Source of the DNA: Nitrosopumilus sp.
Lineage (GTDB): Archaea; Thermoproteota; Nitrososphaeria; Nitrososphaerales; Nitrosopumilaceae
Length of the DNA: 64,000 bases
Assembly: GCA_965207075.1 (NCBI GenBank)
Contig: CBDBLO010000002.1
Coordinates: 1,664,001 to 1,728,000, forward strand
Direction of reading: 5' to 3'
Numbering within the stretch: the first letter of the stretch is position 1; every line of letters begins with the position of its first letter. The notes beneath the pieces are model-generated. The model searched no databases, was not told the origin of the DNA, and worked only from the letters and a program-made list of their open reading frames with translations. Below, piece after piece: positions 56,493-64,000 of the stretch. The translations under genes and the position numbers were made by a program.

Positions 56493-56846
56493 GACCGTGC
56501 CGCCGTCAAGGGCCGATGTGATGCGGACCAGGCTGCCCACGCGCAGCTCGTCGACAGGCCCGTCCCTGTCCCGGACCGTGTACGCGCCGTCCCTGACGCC
56601 GTCCACGTACAGGTGCCTTATCCTGACGTCTCTTATGCCGGTGTTTATCAGGTCCGCCGTGGCCGGCTCGGTGTCCGTTATCTCCACCAGCGTAAGGCGC
56701 TCCGCGGCCTGCGCCTTGTACAGGTCGAGCCTGTCGCCGTACGACGTGATCCTGTCCCCGACGTCGTCAGTCGCGCCCTGGTACAGCGCCGCGAAAAAGA
56801 CGCCGACCACGCCGAATATCAGGACGTACTGCACCATCTGGTTCAC
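56448..56846 (-). CDS. Archaeal pilin-like protein (minor pilin or ArlF/G-like)
   Basis: N-terminal hydrophobic helix, ERL.LV, INTG, LYVDG, VVTESG..F; GTGA coupling. Confidence 0.72.
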   Translation of the reverse strand: MNQMVQYVLIFGVVGVFFAALYQGATDDVGDRITSYGDRLDLYKAQAAERLTLVEITDTEPATADLINTGIRDVRIRHLYVDGVRDGAYTVRDRDGPVDELRVGSLVRITSALDGGTVSVVTESGRVFRLGQ

Positions 56847-57262
56847 GGCGTGACCACCTCGCAGAGTGCGCTGCCCCCCACCCCGCCTCCCACGAGTCCC
56901 ACCACCCTCACGGGCAGCAGGCCGGACTCCTCCACGCCAGTCGTTACGAACTCCAGCACCGCGGTCTGTCCCGGCTCCCACACCGCGCGGGACGACGCGG
57001 CGGGCGCGTCGCCGGCGCCCGCCGTGACGCGGTACTCCAGCATCGGGTGGTCTCCCGTGTTCCGCACCGTCGCCTGGGCCCAGTACGTGTTGTCGGATAT
57101 CTCGTGCATCTCCACCCACGCGGCGCACTCGGCCCCCTGCAGTACGTCGTGCGCGCCGGAAAACCACGCCGCGAGTGCGCCGGCGCCCACTACCGCCACC
57201 GAGACCAGCACCAGGACCTCGATCATCCCAGACACCGCGTGCCGCCGCTTGCGCCGCGTCAC
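56843..57262 (-). CDS. Archaeal type IV pilin-like protein with class III signal peptide
   Basis: RRKRRHA|VSGMIEVLVLVSVAVVG.., then VRNTG and EPGQT. Confidence 0.82.
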   Translation of the reverse strand: MTRRKRRHAVSGMIEVLVLVSVAVVGAGALAAWFSGAHDVLQGAECAAWVEMHEISDNTYWAQATVRNTGDHPMLEYRVTAGAGDAPAASSRAVWEPGQTAVLEFVTTGVEESGLLPVRVVGLVGGGVGGSALCEVVTP

Positions 57263-59121
57263 CCCCGCACCGCCTTTGTGTTAAAGTACCGCCTTGCCTC
57301 GTCGGCCGTCGCCTCGAACCTGAGGTATACCGCGTTGTCGCTTGTCTGGAGCAGCCCCATCCCGGACCGGAAGTTAGTGACCCGCTCGATCTCCCGCTCG
57401 GTGAGCCCCAGGGCCGCGCCCATTGTACGCGCGGCCGACTGCGGCATCTGCATTATCACCTTGGTGTCGAACAGCTCGGTGAGCCTGGACTCGTCGTCTA
57501 GCGCGCGGTCCATGTCGGAGAACTGCTGCGTGGAGACCGCGAATATCAGCGAGCGCTTGCGGCCCTGCCGCGCCATCTCGCCTATCTTGCGTATGCTGTG
57601 CCCGAGCTTTGTCATGCGCCACGCCTCGTCAAGCAGGACGAACTTCCACTGTTTTGCCGGCAGCTCGTTTACGCGCCTCCACGCGTACGCCAGGACAAGC
57701 AGGATCAGCAGCCCCTCGTACTCCTGCCCGTCCGTGTTCCTCAGCGATATTACCATTTTGTCCGAGAACCTAGGGGCTCCCCTGAAGACGCTGGAGACCC
57801 CGCCGCGGACGAGGTCTGCCAGGTACCCCCTCGAGGCCTCGGAGCTTGCCTCGTACAGCCCTCCTACCGAGCGCACCGCATCGCAGACGCTCCTCCACTC
57901 CCTTCTGGTCTGGTTGGGCGCGTTGGTGGCGGCCCCCAGCAGGTCGGCCGCCTCGACCGGGGAGCCGAGCACGGCAAACGGGTCCAGCCCGTACTCGTAC
58001 CCGGGGCTCACCTCTACCCTGTCAAGCCCAAAGTACTCGGCGTGCTCGGCGTACTCGCCCTGCGGGTCTATCACTATGCACATGGTGTCCGGGCGCTTTT
58101 CAAGAAAGCGCTTGAGCAGCACCTTGTTCGTAAACGACTTGCCCGATCCGGTGGTCCCCGCCGTGAACACGTTGTGGTTCTTTCGGAGGTTGACGTCGTA
58201 TATGACGGGGCCCTGCGTGTCGAGGTTGCGGCCCAGCACGACGCCGTTTGGAACCTCGAGCATGTCGGATGACACGAACGGGTAGAGCACATGCATGCTG
58301 TGTATGGCGCCCAGCCACGACGCGCCCCCGCCCTGCACGATGTGGCGCTGCCTGCCAAGCGACGTCGTGACGCGGACGTTCATCGCCGACGTGTTGCGCT
58401 TGACTGCACGGTGCAGCCCGCGGAGTTCACGCCTGGATGCGGCGAACACGAACCCGTTGACTGTGAACGAGAACGCCGACGTGTTGCCGAGCTCGAGCTC
58501 CCGCTTGAGGGCGCGTATGTCCCGCAGCTTCTTCTGGACGTCGGCCCTGCTTGTGCGCACCCCGCTGTAGAGCAGCTCGCGGTTCTCCATCTTGCGGAGG
58601 GCGTCGTCGGGGCGGACCGGCGCCACGCGTATCTGGAGCCGGTGGAACGTGCCGAACACGTCGTGCACCCACGCCGGCGGCAGCGCGGCGGGGGCCCCGT
58701 ACACGGTGTACGCCCTCCCGTACAGGGGCGAGCCGTCCATTACACACGCAAAGTCCCGGGCCCACTGCTCCGTGACCTCTGGCGCGCCGCGGGGCTCGTC
58801 TATCGTATACGAGAATCCCAGCCTCTCAAGCACGTCATCTAGGGGGTCTGCCGCGTCGAGCATGACCCGCAGCACGTCCATCCTGCTGCTGCCGCCGCCG
58901 CCGTCCCCCCGGCCGCCGTCCCCCCCGACGCATATGGGCACGCGCTCAAGGGTGATGACGGCCGGATGCTCAAGCATCCTGAGCAGCTCAAAGAACTCTG
59001 CGAGCCTGCGCCGCCGCTTCTCCTCCGGCAGTATGCGGAAGTTTGCCGGGGTTATCGAGTATGCGTGCCCGTATGTGCGCCGGGGCGGCCCGCCGAAGAG
59101 GCGCTCGCGTATGATCTCCAC
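57259..59121 (-). CDS. VirB4-like ATPase (HerA/FtsK superfamily); start 59121 (GTG) or up to 59322
   Basis: N.NVFTAGTTGSGKS, VIDPQGEY, VLLDEAW, RQGRK, STQQ.SD, G.GLL; CTTAAAAG about 21-28 nt before 59121. Confidence 0.88.
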   Translation of the reverse strand: MEIIRERLFGGPPRRTYGHAYSITPANFRILPEEKRRRRLAEFFELLRMLEHPAVITLERVPICVGGDGGRGDGGGGSSRMDVLRVMLDAADPLDDVLERLGFSYTIDEPRGAPEVTEQWARDFACVMDGSPLYGRAYTVYGAPAALPPAWVHDVFGTFHRLQIRVAPVRPDDALRKMENRELLYSGVRTSRADVQKKLRDIRALKRELELGNTSAFSFTVNGFVFAASRRELRGLHRAVKRNTSAMNVRVTTSLGRQRHIVQGGGASWLGAIHSMHVLYPFVSSDMLEVPNGVVLGRNLDTQGPVIYDVNLRKNHNVFTAGTTGSGKSFTNKVLLKRFLEKRPDTMCIVIDPQGEYAEHAEYFGLDRVEVSPGYEYGLDPFAVLGSPVEAADLLGAATNAPNQTRREWRSVCDAVRSVGGLYEASSEASRGYLADLVRGGVSSVFRGAPRFSDKMVISLRNTDGQEYEGLLILLVLAYAWRRVNELPAKQWKFVLLDEAWRMTKLGHSIRKIGEMARQGRKRSLIFAVSTQQFSDMDRALDDESRLTELFDTKVIMQMPQSAARTMGAALGLTEREIERVTNFRSGMGLLQTSDNAVYLRFEATADEARRYFNTKAVRG

Positions 59122-59347
59122 GCGTATGGTGCGCCGTGCGGCTTTTAAGCGGGTGCGCAAGAGCGGGGGGGGAGAGGGCTGCCAAGAACCGGCAACCCGG
59201 GACGTCCGGCCCCTCCTGCCGCGCCCGGTGCGGTAGCGGGATCCCCGGCGCGCGGCCGCAGCCTCCCTTTGTACGCCCCGGCTCAGGAGTGCGGGCCCGT
59301 CCCGCGCCGCGATCGCGGACACTTGCCGCCGGCGCGGCCGCGCCCGG

Positions 59348-62300
59348 CTAGGAGACGGTCACGGACGTCACCTTCTCGGCAAACTTGCCCGCGCTGTCCG
59401 TGCACCGGTAGCTGAAGTAGTAGGTGCCGGCCTTGCTCGTGTCCAGATCGTCAAACCAGTATATGGTTATGTCGGTTATGGCGCCGTCCTCGGCGTCGTG
59501 GCACGTCGCCGGCGGGGGCGTGAAGCTGCCCCCGACCCTGACGGGCGGTATGTCCGGTATGCTCAGGACCGGCTTTAGGTTCTCGTCGGCCGTCACGTAC
59601 ACGGTCCTGACGTTGTCGCCGCTGTTCCAGTTGCCCGAGCTGTCCTCGCACCAGTACGTTATCGTGTACTTGCCCGCCGTGCCGGTGTCCACCGGGTTGC
59701 GGCTGGAGTAGACGGTGGCGGGCTTTGGCGGGTCGACGTCGTCCACGCACGTCGCGCCCGGGTCGCTCCACGCGCTTCCCAGCTTTACCGTCGTCGGCGA
59801 GGCGCCGTTGAGCACGACCCTCGGCGGGGAGGTGTCGGTGACGGACGCCACCGCCCTGGATATGGCGGAGCGGTTGCCGTCGCTGTCGGTGCAAGAGTAC
59901 GTTATGGTGGCGCCCGTCTGGCCGCGCGTTATGCTGGTGGTGACGAGGTGCGAGATGTCGCCGTCCTGCGGGTCGACGCATCGCGCGTCAGAGGAATAGT
60001 CCGGGTCTCCCTGCGAGGGGACCGACGAGCGGAGGTGGAGCAGGTACAGGTTGGGGTTCGTGTCGGGGTCGCGGGGCGGCGCGGAGACCCTTATGGTGAC
60101 GGTGTCGGTGTCGGTGCGTGACGAGGAGTCGGTTACCGTGAGGGTGAAGGCCAGGGTCGCGGGGCCCGCGGGCGCCGTGAATGTGGGGGATTCCGCGGTG
60201 GCGCTTGAGAGCGAGACCGCGGGGCCCGAGTCCTGGGCCCACGAGTGGGATATGGACGCGCCGGTGGAGCGGGAGCCGTCAAGCGTGACGGTGGCGCCCG
60301 AGGAGACCGTACGGTCCCGCCCCGCGTCTGCGACGGGCGCCTCTGCGGCCCTGACGGTTATGGTGACAGAGTCCGTCGACTGGCGCGACTCGGGGTCCTC
60401 CACCGTGAGCGTGAAGACCAGGGTCGCGGGGCCCGCGGGCGCGGTAAACGCGGGGGATGCCGCGGTGTCGCTTGAGAGCGCGACCGCGGGGCCCGAGTCC
60501 TGCTCCCAGAGGTAGTCAAGCGAGGTGCCAGTCGAGGCCGAGCCGTCGAGCGTGACGGTGGCGCCCGACCCGACCGTGCGGTCCGGCCCCGCGTCTGCGA
60601 CCGGCACGTTTGGCGCGGATACCGTGACTGTCACGGTGTCAGTAGAGGACTGGGACGCCGTGTCCGTTACGGTAAGGGTGAAGACCAGGGTTGCGGGGCC
60701 CGCCGGCGCGGTAAACGTGGGGGATTCCGCAGTTGTATTTGAGAGCGTCACGGAGGTGCCCGAGTCCTGGGCCCACGAGTAGGTTATGGAATCGTTGTCC
60801 TCCGAGTCAGAGCCGTCGAGCGTGACCGTCGTACCTGGTGTGACCGTCTGGTCGTCCCCGGCGTCTGCCACCGGCGGGGTGTCCGTCGCAAGCCGGAGTA
60901 TCTGGACGCCGTCGTCGTCAGATGACGCCACCGCGGCGTACGTGCTGCCGCCCGTCTGGAAGGTGGTGATGGCGCGGGGGCCGTTAAGCTCGAGGGAGCC
61001 GCCGTCCGTTATCTGGTCGGCGGCGGTGACGTTGTGCGGGTCCGAGATATCGAGTATCTGGACGCCGTCGTCGTCAAATGAGGCCACCGCGGCGTAGATG
61101 CTGCCGCCTGCCTGGAAGGTGGTGATGCCGCTGGCGCTTTCAAGCTCGAGGGTGGCGTCGTCCGTTATCTGGTCGGTGGCAGAGATGTCTGAGGGGTCCG
61201 AGACGTCGAGTATCTGGACGCCGTCGTCTGCAAATGACGCCACCGCGGCGTAGATGCTGCCGCCTGCCTGGAAGGTGGTGATGCCGGTGGCGCCGGCAAG
61301 CTCGAGGGTGGCGTCGTCAGTTATCTGGTCGGTGGCCGAGATGTCGTGCGGGTCTGAGACGTCGAGTATCTGGACGCCGTGGTCTGCAGATGACGCCACC
61401 GCGGCGTAGGTCTTGCCGCCCGCATGGAAGGTGGCGATGGCGCGGGCGCCGTCAAGCTCGAGCGAGCCGCCGTCCGTTATCTGGTCGGTGGCCGAGATGT
61501 CTGAGGGGTCCGAGACGTCGAGTATCTGGACGCCGTCGTCGAAAAATGACGCCACCGCGGCGTAGGTCCTGCCGTCTACCTGGAAGGTGGTAATGCCACG
61601 GGCGTCTTCAAGCTCGAGGGTGGCGTCGTCAGTTATCTGGTCGGTGGCCGAGATGTCTGAGGGGTCCGAGACGTCGAGTATCTGGACGCCGCCGTCGTCA
61701 AATGAGGCCACCGCGGCGTACGTGCCGCCGCCCGCATGGAAGGTGGCGACATCGCGGGCGCCGTCAAGCTCGAGCGAGCCGCCGTCCGTTATCTGGTCGG
61801 TGGCCGAGATGTCTGAGGGGTCCGAGACGTCGAGTATCTGGACGCCGTTGTCGAAAGCTGACGCCACCGCGGCGTAGATGCTGCCGTTGACCTGGAAGGT
61901 GGCGACGCCAAAGGCGCCGCTAAGCTCGAGGGAGCCGCCGTCCGTTATGCCGTCCCTGGCCTCCAGGGCGAGCACGGGGCTGCCGACCGTTATCGTGACG
62001 GTGTCGGTGCCCGTCTGCATTTCCGTGTCGGTTGCAGTAAGCGCAAAGGTGAGCGTGTGGGTCCCGGCGGGCGCCGCAAACGCGGGGGACGCGGCAGTCG
62101 TGTTTGAGAGCGTCACGGAGGCGCCGAACGTCTGGGCCCACGAGTAAGATATGCCGGCGCCAGCGGAGCCGGTGCCGTCAAGCGTGACTGTTGCGCCGGG
62201 CGATACCGTCTGGTCGTCCCCGGCGTCGACCACCAGTGCCAGCGTGATCGGGTAGACGGAGGCCAGGTCGTACTCGTTTACGTCGACTCCGGAAGCGCCC

Positions 62301-64000
62301 ACCACGAACATCTTGGCGCCGTCGCCTGAGAACGCCACGCCGGTTGGAAGAGTCTCCTGCGCCGAGACGTCAAAGGAGTCCACGAATGAGGCCGTGGATA
62401 CGTCAAACGGGGCGGTCAGGCCGTACTCGTTTACGTCGTCGCCGGAAGATCCCATCACGAACATCTTGGCGCCGTCGCCTGAGAACGCCACGCCGTTTGG
62501 GAGAGTATCCTGCGCCGAGACGTTAAAGGAGTCCACGAATGAGGCCGTGGAGACGTCAAACGGGGCGGCCAGGCCGTACTCGTTTACGCTGTCTCCGATA
62601 GTGCCCACCACGAACATCTTGGCGCCGTCGCCTGAGAACGCCACGCCGTTTGGGAAATCCTCCTGCGCCGAGACGTCAAAGGAGTCCACGAATGAGGCCG
62701 TGGAGACGTCAAACGGGGCGGTCAGGCCGTACTCGTTTACGTCGTCGCCGGAAGCGCCCACCACGAACATCTTGGCGCCGTCGCCTGAGAACGCCACGCC
62801 GTTTGGGAGAGTCTCCTGCGCCGAGACGTCAAAGGAGTCCACGAATGAGGCCGTGGAGACGTCAAACGGGGCGGTCAGGCCGTACTCGTTTACGCTGTCT
62901 CCGTTAGTGCCCACCACGAACATCTTGGCGCCGTCGCCTGAGAACGCCACGCCTTGCGGGGAACCCTCCTGCGCCGAGACGGAGAAGGAGTCCACGAATG
63001 AGGCCGTGGAGACGTCAAACGTGCCGACTATTGTATTGCCGGCCGCGTCCTGCACCGCCCCGGGCTCGATCGTCAGTTCCGGTGTAGTGAACCCCTGAAC
63101 CGCCGCCAGGTGCTGCGCCGTCAGGGTGAACGTGATGGTGGCAGAGTCTGCCGCGGTGTCAAGCTCGGCGGCAGTCAGTGTGACGCCGTGCGTGTAGTTG
63201 CCCGACTCCCTCACGTGTATCTTGGCCGCCTCGACCATCGAGACGGGCGTGACGTCTACTGCCTCCGAAAAGGTGATGCTCAGCTTCCCCGTCGCGGTGT
63301 TGAGCTCGGACGAGACGAACGTCGGCGGCGGGTCGACTGCTGCAAGCTGGAGTATCTGGACGCCGCTGTCGTCAGATGACGCGACCGCGGCGTACGTGCC
63401 GCCGCCCGTCTGGAAGGTGGCGATGCCGGTGGCGCCCTCAAGCTCGAGGGTGGCGTCGTCCGTTATCTGGTCGGTGGCAGAGATGTTGTGCGGGTCTGAG
63501 ACGTCGAGTATCTGGACGCCGTCGTCGTCAGATGACGCCACCGCGGCGTACGTGCTGCCGCCCGCCTGGAAGGTGGTGATGCCGGTGGCGTCTTCAAGCT
63601 CGAGGGTGGCATCGTCCGTTATCTGGTCGGTGGCAGAGATGTCTGAGGGGTCCGAGACGTCGAGTATCTGGACGCCGTTGTCGGCAGATGACGCCACCGC
63701 GGCGTAGGTCTTGCCGCCCGCCTGGAAGGTGGTGATGCCGGTGGCGCCGTTAAGCTCGAGGGTGGCGTCGTCCGTTATCTGGTCGGTGGCGGTGACGTTG
63801 CCCGGGTCCGAGACGTCGAGTATCTGGACGCCGTTGTCGAAAGCTGACGCCACCGCGGCGTAGATGCTGCCGCCTGCCTGGAAGGTGGCGATGGCGCGGG
63901 GGCCGTCAAGCGCGAGGGAGCCGCCGTCCGTTATCTGGTCGGTGGCAGTGACGTTGTGCGGGTCTGAGACGTCGAGTATCTGGACGCCGTCGTCGTCAAA
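59348..64000 (-). CDS. Giant repetitive surface protein/adhesin, 5' end outside the window (more than 1550 aa)
   Basis: Frame is open to the window edge; LVIVD-like propeller repeats, a second propeller repeat, four PKD-like and three DUF5011-like Ig domains. Confidence 0.9.
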   Translation of the reverse strand, partial: FDDDGVQILDVSDPHNVTATDQITDGGSLALDGPRAIATFQAGGSIYAAVASAFDNGVQILDVSDPGNVTATDQITDDATLELNGATGITTFQAGGKTYAAVASSADNGVQILDVSDPSDISATDQITDDATLELEDATGITTFQAGGSTYAAVASSDDDGVQILDVSDPHNISATDQITDDATLELEGATGIATFQTGGGTYAAVASSDDSGVQILQLAAVDPPPTFVSSELNTATGKLSITFSEAVDVTPVSMVEAAKIHVRESGNYTHGVTLTAAELDTAADSATITFTLTAQHLAAVQGFTTPELTIEPGAVQDAAGNTIVGTFDVSTASFVDSFSVSAQEGSPQGVAFSGDGAKMFVVGTNGDSVNEYGLTAPFDVSTASFVDSFDVSAQETLPNGVAFSGDGAKMFVVGASGDDVNEYGLTAPFDVSTASFVDSFDVSAQEDFPNGVAFSGDGAKMFVVGTIGDSVNEYGLAAPFDVSTASFVDSFNVSAQDTLPNGVAFSGDGAKMFVMGSSGDDVNEYGLTAPFDVSTASFVDSFDVSAQETLPTGVAFSGDGAKMFVVGASGVDVNEYDLASVYPITLALVVDAGDDQTVSPGATVTLDGTGSAGAGISYSWAQTFGASVTLSNTTAASPAFAAPAGTHTLTFALTATDTEMQTGTDTVTITVGSPVLALEARDGITDGGSLELSGAFGVATFQVNGSIYAAVASAFDNGVQILDVSDPSDISATDQITDGGSLELDGARDVATFHAGGGTYAAVASFDDGGVQILDVSDPSDISATDQITDDATLELEDARGITTFQVDGRTYAAVASFFDDGVQILDVSDPSDISATDQITDGGSLELDGARAIATFHAGGKTYAAVASSADHGVQILDVSDPHDISATDQITDDATLELAGATGITTFQAGGSIYAAVASFADDGVQILDVSDPSDISATDQITDDATLELESASGITTFQAGGSIYAAVASFDDDGVQILDISDPHNVTAADQITDGGSLELNGPRAITTFQTGGSTYAAVASSDDDGVQILRLATDTPPVADAGDDQTVTPGTTVTLDGSDSEDNDSITYSWAQDSGTSVTLSNTTAESPTFTAPAGPATLVFTLTVTDTASQSSTDTVTVTVSAPNVPVADAGPDRTVGSGATVTLDGSASTGTSLDYLWEQDSGPAVALSSDTAASPAFTAPAGPATLVFTLTVEDPESRQSTDSVTITVRAAEAPVADAGRDRTVSSGATVTLDGSRSTGASISHSWAQDSGPAVSLSSATAESPTFTAPAGPATLAFTLTVTDSSSRTDTDTVTIRVSAPPRDPDTNPNLYLLHLRSSVPSQGDPDYSSDARCVDPQDGDISHLVTTSITRGQTGATITYSCTDSDGNRSAISRAVASVTDTSPPRVVLNGASPTTVKLGSAWSDPGATCVDDVDPPKPATVYSSRNPVDTGTAGKYTITYWCEDSSGNWNSGDNVRTVYVTADENLKPVLSIPDIPPVRVGGSFTPPPATCHDAEDGAITDITIYWFDDLDTSKAGTYYFSYRCTDSAGKFAEKVTSVTVS
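60035..60880 (-). repeat. Three tandem PKD/K319L-like domains
   Basis: PVADAG.D.TV..G.TVTLDGS...W.QDSG..V.LS......P.FTAPAGPATL.FTLTV. Confidence 0.85.
60895..61955 (-). repeat. Seven tandem 156-bp (52-aa) LVIVD-like repeats
   Basis: GVQIL occurs seven times at 156-bp spacing; near-identical DNA. Confidence 0.93.
62265..63022 (-). repeat. Five tandem 153-bp (51-aa) beta-propeller repeats
   Basis: FDVSTASFVDSF.VSAQ...P.GVAFSGDGAKMFV.G..G..VNEY repeated five times. Confidence 0.93.
63345..64000 (-). repeat. 156-bp LVIVD-like repeats (five GVQIL cores seen), truncated by the window edge
   Basis: Same unit as 60895-61955. Confidence 0.92.

Larger units (their letters stand above)
53790..64000. 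mobile_element. tRNA-Leu-integrated element (ICE-like); right end outside the window
   Basis: Integrase abutting the tRNA 3' end, then PrgI-like, pilin-like, VirB4-like and giant repeat genes; second att copy not seen. Confidence 0.8.

Noticed and set aside
59348-64000. Regularly spaced repeats as a CRISPR array
   Set aside because: Units are 153/156 bp, in frame and protein-coding, with no unique spacers and no cas genes
60895-64000. Diversity-generating retroelement
   Set aside because: No reverse transcriptase in the window and no non-coding template repeat; differences are not evidently adenine-specific

Overview
This is a GC-rich archaeal chromosome segment. TBP, TFB, SRP19/SRP54, Sec61beta, Gar1, S24e/S27ae, class I LysRS, CofG/CofH and several conserved hypotheticals point to Nitrososphaerota (Thaumarchaeota). 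A Nitrosopumilaceae/Cenarchaeum-like, possibly host-associated lineage is an inference. Positions 1-53.7 kb are mostly housekeeping genes, many with low-complexity insertions and trinucleotide microsatellites. This part also holds several microproteins under 60 aa missed by the ORF track, tRNA-Pro(UGG), a purM with no canonical start codon and a candidate structured RNA. At 53.73 kb an intron-containing tRNA-Leu(CAA) is followed directly by a tyrosine integrase, marking the left end of an integrated element that runs off the window. The element carries a PrgI/VirB3-like membrane protein, a VirB4-like ATPase coupled to two archaeal type IV pilin-like genes, and a giant 5'-truncated surface protein. 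That protein is built of near-identical beta-propeller repeats that vary at a few loop positions. This element is the best candidate for an undescribed system. All family calls come from motif recognition by eye; no searches were run.
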